Shown here in pieces: positions 9,584 to 20,102 of a DNA stretch of 64,000 nt. Numbering within the stretch: position 1 is the stretch's first letter; every line of letters begins with the position of its first letter. Source of the stretch: Candidatus Hydrogenedentota bacterium (GTDB lineage Bacteria > Hydrogenedentota > Hydrogenedentia > Hydrogenedentales > SLHB01); assembly GCA_963674865.2 (NCBI GenBank), contig CAXXYE010000008.1:544001-608000 (forward strand), in the 5' to 3' direction. The translations under genes and the position numbers were made by a program. Under the pieces are notes generated by a model. The model ran no database searches. It saw nothing but the letters and a program-made list of their open reading frames with translations, and was not told the origin of the DNA.

Positions 9584-10870
9584 CTACTCCTTGTTTGTCT
9601 CGAAATACTCCCTCACCGCCGGGAGATTCTCCGTTACTTTCCGAACGGCCGACACGATCTGATCGATGTAATCCTTGTCGCCCAGCAGATGCTGGTGCGG
9701 CAGCACGGCCGCCGTCTCGGCGCACGCCTTCTCCGCGTTGGCCAGGCTGAGCGAAGCGTAGTCCTGCATGACCTCCGGATTGCGGAAAGGCACGGGACTG
9801 GTGTCGTCATACAGGTTGAGCAGCCGGTTGCGGTATACCACGCCGTAGCTGCCGTTGAAATCGACGCCCTCCTTGGACAGCGCCTTGAAGAACTGATCGC
9901 GATGGACACTGTCGGCCTGCGCCGGTTCGTAGTGCGCTGTCAAGCAGTAGTACGCCTGCCGCGTGACACGCGTGTCGCGGGGGACGATCTGGAGCGGCCC
10001 GCCGATGCCGTCGAACGCCTCCCGCAGGTACGCCACATTCTCCTCGCGTTTCGCCGTCTGTTCTTCCAGCCGCGACAGGCCGCCGCGCAGCAGCACGGCC
10101 TGCATTTCCGTGATCCGGTAATTGTGCCCGTAGCGATTGGCCGGTGCCAAGCGTTCATAAGGGACCTCCTGGGGCGATTCCGGCGCCCAGCCAACCTGTT
10201 TCAGGGCAAAGCACGTCGCGTAGACGGCCTCGTCATCCGTAGTTACCGCGCCGCCCTCACCCGAGGTGAGCACCTTGCTTTGTTGAAAGGAGAAGCTCCC
10301 AGCATCACCGATGGCGCCAGCCGCCTTGTCGCGCCAGCGGCTGCCCTGCTGATGCGCCACGTCCTCCACCACTTTGACGCCGTGCTCCCGGGCGATGCGC
10401 ATCAGCGCGTCCATATCGCACATGCAGCCGTAAAGATGCACCGGGATCACGGCCTTCGTCTTCGGCGTAATGGCCGCCTCGAAGGACTCCGGATCGAGGC
10501 AAAGAGTCATTGGATCGACATCGGCGAAGACGACATTCGCGCCGATGTCCAGCGCGGCCTGCGCCGTCGCCACCCACGTCACGCCCGGGACGATCACTTC
10601 GTCGCCCGGAACCACCCCGACGGCCTGGAGCGCGCACTGAAGCGTCACCGTGCCGTTGGACATGGCCAGGCAGTACCGCGTTCCGATGAAGGCCCGATAC
10701 TCCTCGCAAAACGCCTGTTCATGCGGGCCAAGCCAGCTCCACTTGCCGCTCTCGACGACCTGGCGCATCCATTCGAGTTCCTGCGGGCCGACGATCGGCC
10801 ATTTCGGTTCCGGTAGTGTTCGCGCCGGTTCGCCGCCCAGAAGGGCCAGTATGTTTTGGGGAAGAGACAT
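9584..10870 (-). CDS. DegT/DnrJ/EryC1/StrS PLP-dependent sugar/cyclitol aminotransferase
   Basis: SNGTVTL, VIPVHLYG, VVEDVAH, SFSFQQSKVLTSGEGG (PLP lysine) and GHNYRITEMQA. Confidence 0.92.
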   Translation of the reverse strand: MSLPQNILALLGGEPARTLPEPKWPIVGPQELEWMRQVVESGKWSWLGPHEQAFCEEYRAFIGTRYCLAMSNGTVTLQCALQAVGVVPGDEVIVPGVTWVATAQAALDIGANVVFADVDPMTLCLDPESFEAAITPKTKAVIPVHLYGCMCDMDALMRIAREHGVKVVEDVAHQQGSRWRDKAAGAIGDAGSFSFQQSKVLTSGEGGAVTTDDEAVYATCFALKQVGWAPESPQEVPYERLAPANRYGHNYRITEMQAVLLRGGLSRLEEQTAKREENVAYLREAFDGIGGPLQIVPRDTRVTRQAYYCLTAHYEPAQADSVHRDQFFKALSKEGVDFNGSYGVVYRNRLLNLYDDTSPVPFRNPEVMQDYASLSLANAEKACAETAAVLPHQHLLGDKDYIDQIVSAVRKVTENLPAVREYFETNKE

Positions 10871-10928
10871 GTTGCGATACTCCGAGTGCTTCCTACGAGG
10901 ATTCGTCCTGGGAACCGAAACGTATACC

Positions 10929-13900
10929 TCACTGAGTGACGGGACTCAAATACAAGCCGCTATGTCGGGAATCGCCGTGGAACTGTCCCGAAGCCACCGC
11001 GAATGGGGCGGAGGGCGTGTTGGTCTCTACGGCATTGAGCCAGGTTTCGTCGTCGCCTCCGAGCATGTCAAGGTAGCCGTCGCCGTCCACGTCGGCCACC
11101 AGGAGCGAGCCGCCGTATTTTATCTTTGCCCCGCCGAGGGTGAAGCTGTGGGGCGTATAGCGCCAGAGCAGGCTGCCGTCATTGCCGTAAGCACGCACCT
11201 GATAGGCGAGGTCCGACGCGAAGAGCAGATCGAGCCGGCCATCGCCATCCAGATCGACGGGCGCAGGCGTCTGAAGGAGCCGGCCCGGCATGGCGATTGC
11301 CCTCAGCAGCGCCCCCTCCGCCGAGTAGATGCCAAGCTCTTTGCCGCTCGTTTGCTGCGCGAGGATCTGGAGTTCCTTCGTGCCTTCGAAGTTCGTCACT
11401 ACGGGACACCAGTCCGGTTCACGCGACACCTCAGCCGACCACAGTACCGCTCCGTCGTTGTCGAAGACACTCAGCGTTCCTTTGTTATCGGTTCGGGCGT
11501 AGCTGACAACCTCATCGCGCCCGTCGTCGTCGAGATCGGCCACGGCCGGCGCGTGCATGCTCTCTCGGTTCAGCGCCGCTTCCCACAGCTTCGTGCCGTC
11601 CGTGCCGGAGAGCGCCACGAGGACGCCGTCGCCGCCCGCGATGACATCGAGCGCCCCGTCGCCGTTCACGTCGCCCAGGGCGGGAATGCCGAACTTCTCG
11701 CCCAGGCCCGTCACGTGCCACAGAGGATCGCCCTTCGCCGAAAACGCCGCCACCTCGCCGTGCTTCGTGGCGGCGGCCACATCCGGCGTGCCGTCGCCCG
11801 TGAGGTCGCCGATGACGGGCGAGGTCGTATCCGCCAGATCCTTGCTCCATCGCACCGCGCCGTCGCTTCCGAGCAGGGCGAGGCCAGGCCCGCCGACGGC
11901 GATCTCGTCGATATTATCGCCATCCACGTCGGCCACGGTGGGGAAGGGCTGCGCGGCGTCGACGTCATACGTCCACAAGGTTTTTCCGTTGGCATCCAGG
12001 GCGAATAGCGCGCCGTCGGGCGCCCTCGTATCGAGAATGACGGCAAGCCGGCCATCGGCATCGATCCGGGCGACGGCCGGTGAACTCAGGAGCGCCCCGT
12101 TGAAGGTGCGCCGCCACCAGAGCCGCGGCTTGGCCGCGATGACGAAATACTGCCCCTTGCCGCAGGCAAATGTTACCGTGCCATCATCCGTGTCCTTGGC
12201 GGCGTCCGGCATCGCCTCCCAGCGCTTGTCCTGCCACGAGTAGGCGGTGAGAGATGAAGCCAGTGTTTCCTGGGCCGCGTCATTGTCGTAGGGAACGCAC
12301 AAGGCCAATCCATCGAGCAGAAGGGCCTTATCCTCACGCAATAGGAGGAAGTCGGAGAGGATCGTTTCCGGCAGCCCCGTCGCGTCGGACACGGGATTAT
12401 CCGACATCCGTTCGAGGACTACTACGGCCCCGTCAGTGTCCTGCGCCGGCGTCAGCGTCGCCATGAGTCCGCCTTTCGCCCCGGCCACGGGCACGGCGAT
12501 CTGCTCCCCGGCCTTACCGGAGAAACGCAGGGGAGTGACGCTCGCGAGGAGCACGGATTGCTCCTCCGATTCGCTGCCGACGGGCCACGCCGGATTGCCC
12601 CAGGCCTCAACCGTGAAGGTGACCCGCCCCGTGTTCTTCTCCCCGGCGGGGGGGATCGTGAAGGCAAAGGATCCCGCGTCATCTTCGCTCGCCGCGCACA
12701 ATGCCTGGCCCTCTTTGCCGTCGGGAAACCGGTAGCGGCAGAGCACCTTGACGATCCCCGAGAGATCGGCGACGCGGACGCGGCCGAGAAGCGGCTGCGT
12801 CCTGTCCACGCGCGGGGGATAATCCCAGGGGCCAATCGCGGGCCCCGCCGGATTCGTCGCCACCAGGATCGTGCCCTCGTCGAGGGGCGTGGCGTCCGAA
12901 GCGTCCACAAAACGCAGTTCCACCGGCCCTTGCGCGACATTCGCGGGAAAGGCCACGCGAAACGCCTGCGCCCCGGACTGCGCGTCCGCCGGACAGGAGC
13001 CCGCGCGGCCATCGCTCCAGCGGTAGTCGAGGCGGATCTCATGGGCGTCGGGCCCCGGTTGGGCCATCACCACGAAATGCCCTTCACTGGGCCGCACCGA
13101 TGCCGACGCCCGCCAGTGCAAGGACAAGCGCGTCTCCACGTCGTAGAGGTCGAGCCAGGCCTTCATGAGCGCGCCGGGCAAGCCCGAGTTGCGGTACACG
13201 CACCCTCCCGAGTGCTCTAGGATGAGCCCCTCGCGCACAAGCGTCGTCAAGGACCACCCCGCCAGCCGCCGGGCGAGCATCAGGTAGGCCTTCTTGCCCG
13301 TTGCTTCGTAGGCCTTGAGCGAGAGGTCGATCCAGTTGCCGATCACGCCCGGCTCGATGCCGTCTTCCAGCGGCGTGTTGCTGAGATGCTCGAGGCGCGC
13401 TTCGACAACGTCGAGATAACGCTGCTCGCGCGTCAGCGCGTACGCCTCCCAGCAGGCCATGACTGCGTAAGTCTCGGCGTATTCGCCATGAGCCCACGGA
13501 TCGACCTTGCCGATCACCTTGCCCGTCGCCGGTACGAGGGACGCGGCCAGTTCCCCGGTGGCGGTGTCGAAGCCGTACTTCAGGTGCGAGTCCACCATGC
13601 CCAGGGCGCGTTCCCGCACGTATGGATCCGGATAGAAGGCCAGGCCTCGCAGCAGCATGTAGGCAAGGAGCAACTGCGTTTTCGAGTTCTCCGAGCCGCC
13701 GCCGGAGCTTACGTATCCGGGCAGAATGCCCGTTGTTTCATCGCGGTGCCGCCAATACAGATCCGCGGCTTTGCGCGCCCATTCCAGGTGTTCCGGCTCG
13801 CGTGTCTTCGAGTAGAGAAACATGAAGCTGTAGGCGAACAGGCCGGAATGCTTGATATACGTTCCCCGCACGGGCAGCGGGTCGAACTCGCCCGTGTAGT

Positions 13901-14582
13901 AGTTTCCGTGGCGATCGTAGAGAAACGCGTCCTTGTCGTAGACGTGGATTCGGTGGATCGCCTCGATTTCGCGCTGGACGGCTTCCGGGGCGATGTCCCA
14001 AAGCAACTCCCAATCGGGCAGGTTGTGCTCCATCTCATGGCGCGTGGCGTTGATGCGATCCCGCGCGCAGTTGTATGACAGGTGTTCGCCCCAGGGGAAC
14101 AGGCCGGTGGTCTTGCTCGGGCATTCCCTGAGCCAGAAGCGCAGATATGCCTCAGCGGCCTCCTGGTAGCGCTTGTCGCCCGTCGTGTCCGAGAGCTGGC
14201 AGAAGGCGCGGAGCGTCGGCATATCCCGGTACAGGTTACAGCCCTGAGCTGTCATGATGTAGTCTTCCGCGTCCCAGTAGGTTTGCCAGTTCGGCGGCTT
14301 CTCCTGCACCATCCCGCCCGTCGCCGGATCGATAATGCCTACCCAGAGCGGCGTCGGCCGCGGGCCGTACCTGTCCGGCGCGGCGTCGATTAGCGTGTCC
14401 CCGAAGCGGCAAGCTTCATCCAGCCATTGCTCGAATTCCCAGCCTCCCTGCACGGCAATCGAGGTCCATGGCGGCTCCTGAGCGGCCGCCGAAGCGGCCT
14501 CCCATGGCGCGGCGGGCGCCAAGGCCAGCGCCGGGCAGAAGCAAATCAACAACGCGCTAAGTCTCGCACGGGGGACAATCAC
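10929..14582 (-). CDS. large secreted protein: alpha/alpha-barrel (PL2 pectate lyase-like) N-terminus plus FG-GAP/PQQ beta-propeller C-terminus
   Basis: Signal peptide; TGLFPWGEH and HEME motifs; repeated DxDGDGxxD(I/V) Ca-binding motifs. Confidence 0.7.
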   Translation of the reverse strand: MIVPRARLSALLICFCPALALAPAAPWEAASAAAQEPPWTSIAVQGGWEFEQWLDEACRFGDTLIDAAPDRYGPRPTPLWVGIIDPATGGMVQEKPPNWQTYWDAEDYIMTAQGCNLYRDMPTLRAFCQLSDTTGDKRYQEAAEAYLRFWLRECPSKTTGLFPWGEHLSYNCARDRINATRHEMEHNLPDWELLWDIAPEAVQREIEAIHRIHVYDKDAFLYDRHGNYYTGEFDPLPVRGTYIKHSGLFAYSFMFLYSKTREPEHLEWARKAADLYWRHRDETTGILPGYVSSGGGSENSKTQLLLAYMLLRGLAFYPDPYVRERALGMVDSHLKYGFDTATGELAASLVPATGKVIGKVDPWAHGEYAETYAVMACWEAYALTREQRYLDVVEARLEHLSNTPLEDGIEPGVIGNWIDLSLKAYEATGKKAYLMLARRLAGWSLTTLVREGLILEHSGGCVYRNSGLPGALMKAWLDLYDVETRLSLHWRASASVRPSEGHFVVMAQPGPDAHEIRLDYRWSDGRAGSCPADAQSGAQAFRVAFPANVAQGPVELRFVDASDATPLDEGTILVATNPAGPAIGPWDYPPRVDRTQPLLGRVRVADLSGIVKVLCRYRFPDGKEGQALCAASEDDAGSFAFTIPPAGEKNTGRVTFTVEAWGNPAWPVGSESEEQSVLLASVTPLRFSGKAGEQIAVPVAGAKGGLMATLTPAQDTDGAVVVLERMSDNPVSDATGLPETILSDFLLLREDKALLLDGLALCVPYDNDAAQETLASSLTAYSWQDKRWEAMPDAAKDTDDGTVTFACGKGQYFVIAAKPRLWWRRTFNGALLSSPAVARIDADGRLAVILDTRAPDGALFALDANGKTLWTYDVDAAQPFPTVADVDGDNIDEIAVGGPGLALLGSDGAVRWSKDLADTTSPVIGDLTGDGTPDVAAATKHGEVAAFSAKGDPLWHVTGLGEKFGIPALGDVNGDGALDVIAGGDGVLVALSGTDGTKLWEAALNRESMHAPAVADLDDDGRDEVVSYARTDNKGTLSVFDNDGAVLWSAEVSREPDWCPVVTNFEGTKELQILAQQTSGKELGIYSAEGALLRAIAMPGRLLQTPAPVDLDGDGRLDLLFASDLAYQVRAYGNDGSLLWRYTPHSFTLGGAKIKYGGSLLVADVDGDGYLDMLGGDDETWLNAVETNTPSAPFAVASGQFHGDSRHSGLYLSPVTQ

Positions 14583-14759
14583 AAGAACTCTCCTTGCAGC
14601 ACTTACGGCAGATCATGCGCCGTCGGAACACGCCAATGCGGCATCCTATCAGGCGGCGCGGCCGCACCTCAAAGAAGCCCCGCAAACGCCCATTTCGCGC
14701 TATACTTACGATGCTCATCATACAGTTCTGGGGGCTTCACAACCGACGGGAGCAGGCCC

Positions 14760-15080
14760 ATGGATAACGACAGTCAGCGTGAGGACGCCAGCAAGGTCAA
14801 ACTGTGCGAAGTCCAAGGCAAAACCTCCGTCTTCATCGACGCCGAAATCGGTGAGGACGGGGGCCTTGTCATTTCCGGACAGGACATTGGCGAGGCCGCG
14901 GAGGAGTACTGGGGCGACAGCGATTACGAATACTGGCTTGTGGTGCCGGGCGAAGAGAAAGATCGCCTTCTCCTGGCGCTGCTCGAAGCGCACTACGGCG
15001 GCGACACCAAGTTAGTCTCGAAGCTGTCCGACCTCATGAAAGCCAAGGGCATTTCCTACAAATTCGACAGCTATGCGTGA
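14760..15080 (+). CDS. small acidic hypothetical protein (106 aa)
   Basis: GGGAG RBS before ATG 14760; ISGQDIG...WGDSDYEYW motif; coding-like codon use. Confidence 0.7.
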   Translation: MDNDSQREDASKVKLCEVQGKTSVFIDAEIGEDGGLVISGQDIGEAAEEYWGDSDYEYWLVVPGEEKDRLLLALLEAHYGGDTKLVSKLSDLMKAKGISYKFDSYA

Positions 15081-15104
15081 TGCCGTATCCGCTCCCTCGG
15101 CCTG

Positions 15105-16310
15105 TTACGACTGGTATAGCCGCACCAGTTCCGGGAAGGTCGTGATGCGCCGGCCGTCACGATCGACCTCCGCCACAATCTTGTCCGTGCGAGACTGAAG
15201 TACCGGCTCGACATACTCCGGCGCGTAGCGCGTCGCCCGATGAATGCGTTTGCCCAAGTGATGCGGCCCCTGGCCCACGAAAGGCGAGTAGAAGTCCCAG
15301 ACGATCTCCTTGTCGGGCGTCACTTCGAACAGGTGCCCCGCGTCGCATTCGCAGATGAGCGTGTTCCCATTGGGAAGCCGCTGGTTGCCGGAGCGGAAGG
15401 GTGAGAAAAAATCCGGGCCATTCTCGTACTGCCAAACGATATCGCCCGACACCGGCTCAATCTCGCGCACAATGGAATGGCCGCGATACGTGCCGTTGTC
15501 GAAGACAAGGATGTTGCCGCTCTCGAGCATCGTCGGCTGATGCTGGCCGTCCAGGACGCCCAGCCCATAGCACCAGACGATGGCGTCGCGTCCGGGATCG
15601 ACGATGCCGATAACGTCCAAGTGCCGCAGGCTGAACAGGATGTTCCCCGCCTTGAAGCGTTCATCCTTTTCGCCAAGCGGCGTCGGCGGCAGCACCTCAA
15701 TGGTGTTCGCATGCGCCCAGTCCGCCGGGCCGTACGGCGTGAACTCGCCGCTGCCGTCCTCGCGCATGTAAGGAATGGGGAAGGGCAATCCGGCGCGCTC
15801 GCATAATTCCTCTATATGATCGCCGAAGGAGAAGCGCCAGGCGATCTCCTTGTCCCGCGTGATGCGTAGGATCAGATCCGTGCGCATGTAATCGGGCTCT
15901 ACGCCCGGCGCGTAGAATCCCGGCCGAACCGGCTCGTGCAGCGCCGCAAGGCCGACCACTTCATCCTCGCCAAGCCAGAAGTCGTGGTGATTGGCGTTGA
16001 TCAGGCCGTCGAATCCCGTCCATCGCCACACGGTGGTGCTGTCCGGCGTGAGTTCCTCGAGCCAGGCGCCGCAATTGTGGGTGAATAGGTTGCCGTTCGG
16101 CAGCAGCTCCGCCACGTTGCTGTGCGTCACCTTCCAGGTATGCACCAGCAGGCCCCGCATGTCGATGAGATACTCCTGATCGCCCCACGCGGGCGAGAAC
16201 AGCGTGTATCCCGGATCGCACTTCTCGGGCGTGTACTTCACAACGCCGAACGTCCCGCCGTGAAGCCGCGCCTTCTCTCCTGCCGTCAGCAACTTCCCAT
16301 CAAGGTACAT
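15105..16310 (-). CDS. arylsulfate sulfotransferase (ASST-like) beta-propeller protein, no signal peptide
   Basis: NHHD, DWAHANT, QHQP, VFDNG and QRLPNGNTLI motifs; AGGAGG RBS. Confidence 0.85.
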   Translation of the reverse strand: MYLDGKLLTAGEKARLHGGTFGVVKYTPEKCDPGYTLFSPAWGDQEYLIDMRGLLVHTWKVTHSNVAELLPNGNLFTHNCGAWLEELTPDSTTVWRWTGFDGLINANHHDFWLGEDEVVGLAALHEPVRPGFYAPGVEPDYMRTDLILRITRDKEIAWRFSFGDHIEELCERAGLPFPIPYMREDGSGEFTPYGPADWAHANTIEVLPPTPLGEKDERFKAGNILFSLRHLDVIGIVDPGRDAIVWCYGLGVLDGQHQPTMLESGNILVFDNGTYRGHSIVREIEPVSGDIVWQYENGPDFFSPFRSGNQRLPNGNTLICECDAGHLFEVTPDKEIVWDFYSPFVGQGPHHLGKRIHRATRYAPEYVEPVLQSRTDKIVAEVDRDGRRITTFPELVRLYQS

Positions 16311-16374
16311 GGGACCTCCTGTCTATACGAGTGATATTCGTCGCGAGACTGCCTGGAAGGCCGGCGGTATAGGA

Positions 16375-17151
16375 CTAGCATTCCTTGAGGCACTTCACCG
16401 CAAGTTCAGGCATGTTCCGGATCAGCGCAAACTTGGATTCTTTCGGAATGGCAAGGATAGTCGTTTCCGTGGCCGCTTTCACCGTGACGCGGTAGGAGTT
16501 ATCGCGAAGGTACGCGCCCGGTTCTATGAAGCCCAGAAACAGGTCCTCGGCGTCAATAGGCTCCTCACGCTCCGCCGTCTCGCGCACGAGCGCGCCTTCG
16601 AGCAATTGATAAAGCGTTTCCGCCGGATCCCCCGCTCTGAAGACGATCTCGCCCGGGCCCTTCAACTGTTGCCGCTCGTGGAGCGCGAATAACTCGCGAT
16701 CATCCCGCAACGCTTCCGTAGTCCTCCTCAAACGCTCCGCGAACCGATTGCAGAGGATCCGCGTGAAGACAGGGAACTCCTCCATGATCACATTCAGGTG
16801 CTCCGGCCTCATGCGGAGCGCGTAAGTGACTCCGGAGCTTCTTACGGATGCCGTGCGCAAACCTGCGTCCAGGTAGGCCATCTCGCCCACGAACGCCGGC
16901 GAGGACGCGTCCGGCGCCTCGACGGCCGCCAAAGGCTCGGGCGGCCGGTTGTCGGCTGGCTCCGAGTGCGTTTCGACCACGAATGCGCCCTTGAGTACAA
17001 GGTAGAGGTCCAGCGACGTCTCGTCCGCCGTGATGAGGTACTCCCCGTCGTCAAAACAGACGCGGGCAATGCCGTCACACCGCTGAACGAGCCGATGGTA
17101 TTCCGAGTCCTCCCGCAGGCCAACGTCCGCGAACTCAAATGTCCCTGACAT
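16375..17151 (-). CDS. tandem cyclic-nucleotide-binding domain protein without HTH
   Basis: FVGEMAYLDAGLRTASV phosphate-binding cassette; second, degenerate domain GEIVFRAGDPAETLYQLLEG; GGAGG RBS before ATG 17151. Confidence 0.85.
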   Translation of the reverse strand: MSGTFEFADVGLREDSEYHRLVQRCDGIARVCFDDGEYLITADETSLDLYLVLKGAFVVETHSEPADNRPPEPLAAVEAPDASSPAFVGEMAYLDAGLRTASVRSSGVTYALRMRPEHLNVIMEEFPVFTRILCNRFAERLRRTTEALRDDRELFALHERQQLKGPGEIVFRAGDPAETLYQLLEGALVRETAEREEPIDAEDLFLGFIEPGAYLRDNSYRVTVKAATETTILAIPKESKFALIRNMPELAVKCLKEC

Positions 17152-17349
17152 GGCGTCCTCCCCGTCGTATGCCCTTCCCATCGCAAGCATGCCGCCGCAG
17201 CGCACTGCGATGGGGGAAAGGCACTCACGAGTATACACCCAATTTAGCGGCAACGCAGCCAGGCGGCCAAAAACCATCAGGGGGGCGGCCTATCTGGACG
17301 GCCCATGAGCAGTCACGTCATGAGGGGGGAGAAGAACGGCTTGGGCCCG

Positions 17350-17378
17350 TTGCTTTGCCGCGGCGCGTATCTTACAAT
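17350..17378 (+). promoter_or_regulatory. sigma70-type promoter for the GT4 gene
   Basis: TTGCTT-N17-TACAAT. Confidence 0.55.
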
Positions 17379-17478
17379 GACCGTATGCGTGATATCTTCG
17401 AGTTAATCATCGAAGTCGATTTGTACGCTCAGATCGCGCATCCCGCATATCATTCCCAAGAACTCAGGAGGGCGAGTA

Positions 17479-19788
17479 GTGCGTGAAATAAACCGGATCG
17501 CGGCGGTGGGGAATTACTTGCCGAGGCAGTGCGGCATTGCCACGTTTACGACGGACCTCTGTGAGGCCCTTGCAAACCGATTTTCCGACGCTTCGGTGAT
17601 TGCGCTGCCGATGAACGATACGGACGACGGATACGCCTATCCCGAACGGGTGCGCTTCGAGCTGGTGGAGCAGGAGATGGCGTCTTACCGGCGCGCCGCG
17701 GACTTCCTCAACATCAACGACATCGACGTCGTCACGCTGCAACACGAGTTCGGGATTTTTGGAGGCGTGGCGGGCAGCCACATCATCGGCCTTCTCAGCG
17801 ACCTGCGCATGCCGGTGGTCGCCACGCTACACACGGTGCTGCGCGAACCGGACGCGAATCAACGCAAGGTTATGAGCGAACTCGCCCAACTCGTGGATCG
17901 ATTCGTCGTCATGAGCGAGCGGGCTCGCGTGTTCTTGGACGAGATCTATCACGTTCCCCTGGAAAAGGTGGACCTGATTCCCCACGGCATCCCCGATGTG
18001 TCGTTTATCGACCCCAATTTCTACAAGGACAAGTTCGGCGTCGAAGGGAAAACCGTGCTGCTGACCTTCGGCCTGCTATCGCCCAACAAAGGCATTGAGT
18101 TCGCCATTGAGGCGTTGCCGCCCATTCTCAAGAAGCATCCCGATGTGGTCTACATCGTCCTGGGGGCGACGCACCCGAAGCTGAAGCGCGAACAGGGCGA
18201 GACGTACCGGTTGAGCCTACAGCACCTTGCCCAGGAGAAGGGAGTTGAGGCGAACGTTATTTTCCACAACCGATTCGTCACGCTGCAGGAACTAATCGAA
18301 TTCATCGGGGCCGCGGACATCTATATCACGCCTTACCTGAACGAGGCGCAGATCACCTCCGGCACGCTCGCCTATTCCGTGGGCGCCGGCAAGCCGGTTG
18401 TGTCCACGCCCTATTGGTACGCCGAGGAACTTCTCGATGATGACCGCGGCACGCTCGTGCCGTTTCGTGACGCGCCGGCGATTGCGAAGGCCGTGTTGGA
18501 CATGCTCAAGCATGAGACGAAGCGCCACGCGATGCGGCGCAAGGCGTACCAGCTCGGGCGCGACATGGTGTGGAGCAAGGTGGCCGAAGGCTACATGGCA
18601 TCCTTTAGTCGTGCCCGCGATGAGCGGTTCAAGAAGCCCCGGGGCGCCTTTGTCGCGAAGACCTTGGACAAGCGCCGCGTCGAGTTGCCGCCGCTCAACC
18701 TCCAGCACCTCCAACGCATGACTGACGACACCGGCATGATTCAGCATGCGACCTTCAGCGTGCCCAACTACACGGAAGGCTATACCACGGACGATAACGC
18801 ACGGGCGCTTATCCTCGCGGTGCTTCTCGAGGAAACGAGCGAACGCACCGCGACGGAGGCGCGGCGGCTGGCGGCGCGTTATCTCGCCTTTCTCAATTAT
18901 GCGTTTAATCCGAAGACGCGCCGCTTTCGGAATGCATTCTGTTACGATCGGCACTGGCTCGAAGAGGTGGGATCGCAAGACAGCCACGGCCGCGCGCTCT
19001 GGGCGTTGGGCACCATGGCGGGGCGCTCCAAGGATGAGGGGCTGCGCGGGCTGGCGATGCGGCTCTTCGGCGAAGCCGTGGTGACTGCCGAGCAGTTTCA
19101 ACACCCCCGGGCGTGGGCCTTCACGCTCATCGGCATTCATGAGTTCCTTCGACGCTTCTACGGCGACCGCCAGGCCCAGGATCTTCGCCTCGATCTCGCC
19201 GAGCGGCTACTGGCCATGTACAAGAAGAACAGCAGCCGCGACTGGCTCTGGTTCACAAACACCTTGACGTACTGCAACGGGGCCTTGCCGCACGCCCTGA
19301 TGCTCTGCGGCCAATGGCTCGGGCACGATGATATGTCCGGCGTGGCGCTCGAATCGCTGGAGTGGCTCCTGGGTGTGCAATTGATGGGAGGCGAACACCT
19401 TGTGCCCATCGGCAGCAACGGCTTCTACCCGAAGGGCGGCGAACGGGCGCGGTTTGACCAGCAACCCATCGAGGCGCACAGCATGGTGGCCGCCTGCCTC
19501 CAGGCCTTCCGCATGACCGGCGAGGAGCGGTGGTATCGCGAGGCCAGAAGGTGTTTCGACTGGTTCCTGGGCCTGAACGACTTGCGCGTGCCGCTTTACA
19601 ACGCGCGAACGGGCGGGTGCTACGACGGCCTGTCGCCGGATCGTGTGAATCAGAACCAGGGCGCCGAATCGACGCTGGCCTTTCTGCTCTCGCTGATGGA
19701 GATGACCCTCGCCGAGCACGTGATCACCGAGCCGGAACCTAGTGAGGCAGCCGAACCGGCTCCCAAACGCAAGAAGAAGGCGAAGTAG
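17479..19788 (+). CDS. glycosyltransferase family 4 fused to a C-terminal alpha/alpha-barrel domain
   Basis: AGGAGG RBS; YLPRQCGIATFT, QHEFGIFGG and FGLLSPNKGIE motifs; C-terminal GYTTDDNARAL, FDQQPIE and NQNQGAESTL. Confidence 0.92.
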   Translation: MREINRIAAVGNYLPRQCGIATFTTDLCEALANRFSDASVIALPMNDTDDGYAYPERVRFELVEQEMASYRRAADFLNINDIDVVTLQHEFGIFGGVAGSHIIGLLSDLRMPVVATLHTVLREPDANQRKVMSELAQLVDRFVVMSERARVFLDEIYHVPLEKVDLIPHGIPDVSFIDPNFYKDKFGVEGKTVLLTFGLLSPNKGIEFAIEALPPILKKHPDVVYIVLGATHPKLKREQGETYRLSLQHLAQEKGVEANVIFHNRFVTLQELIEFIGAADIYITPYLNEAQITSGTLAYSVGAGKPVVSTPYWYAEELLDDDRGTLVPFRDAPAIAKAVLDMLKHETKRHAMRRKAYQLGRDMVWSKVAEGYMASFSRARDERFKKPRGAFVAKTLDKRRVELPPLNLQHLQRMTDDTGMIQHATFSVPNYTEGYTTDDNARALILAVLLEETSERTATEARRLAARYLAFLNYAFNPKTRRFRNAFCYDRHWLEEVGSQDSHGRALWALGTMAGRSKDEGLRGLAMRLFGEAVVTAEQFQHPRAWAFTLIGIHEFLRRFYGDRQAQDLRLDLAERLLAMYKKNSSRDWLWFTNTLTYCNGALPHALMLCGQWLGHDDMSGVALESLEWLLGVQLMGGEHLVPIGSNGFYPKGGERARFDQQPIEAHSMVAACLQAFRMTGEERWYREARRCFDWFLGLNDLRVPLYNARTGGCYDGLSPDRVNQNQGAESTLAFLLSLMEMTLAEHVITEPEPSEAAEPAPKRKKKAK

Positions 19789-20102
19789 CGCGGGCAGCTA
19801 CGTGTGAGCTATTCGGAGTAGCGGCGCCTCCAAGTGTCCTCCCATGGACGATTGGCCGGGGACTATCGTAGATCGTGTCTTGAGCTCTGCCGAAAGCGCT
19901 TGCCGGTTGCAGTCGCCCTGCCGGAGTGCGCTCGCAGATGAACCGCCGCGAGCAAAGGACCCCAGTCGAGTGGGGGCGATGCAGCTCTGGGCGGGCTGGG
20001 TGTAGATGGCTTACGAGAATTGGCCGAGAGTGGCGCCCGTGTGGCATATTGAGATCCAGTGAAACCGCTCTGAGCGCATCGACGAATGGAAGTCACGGGC
20101 CG

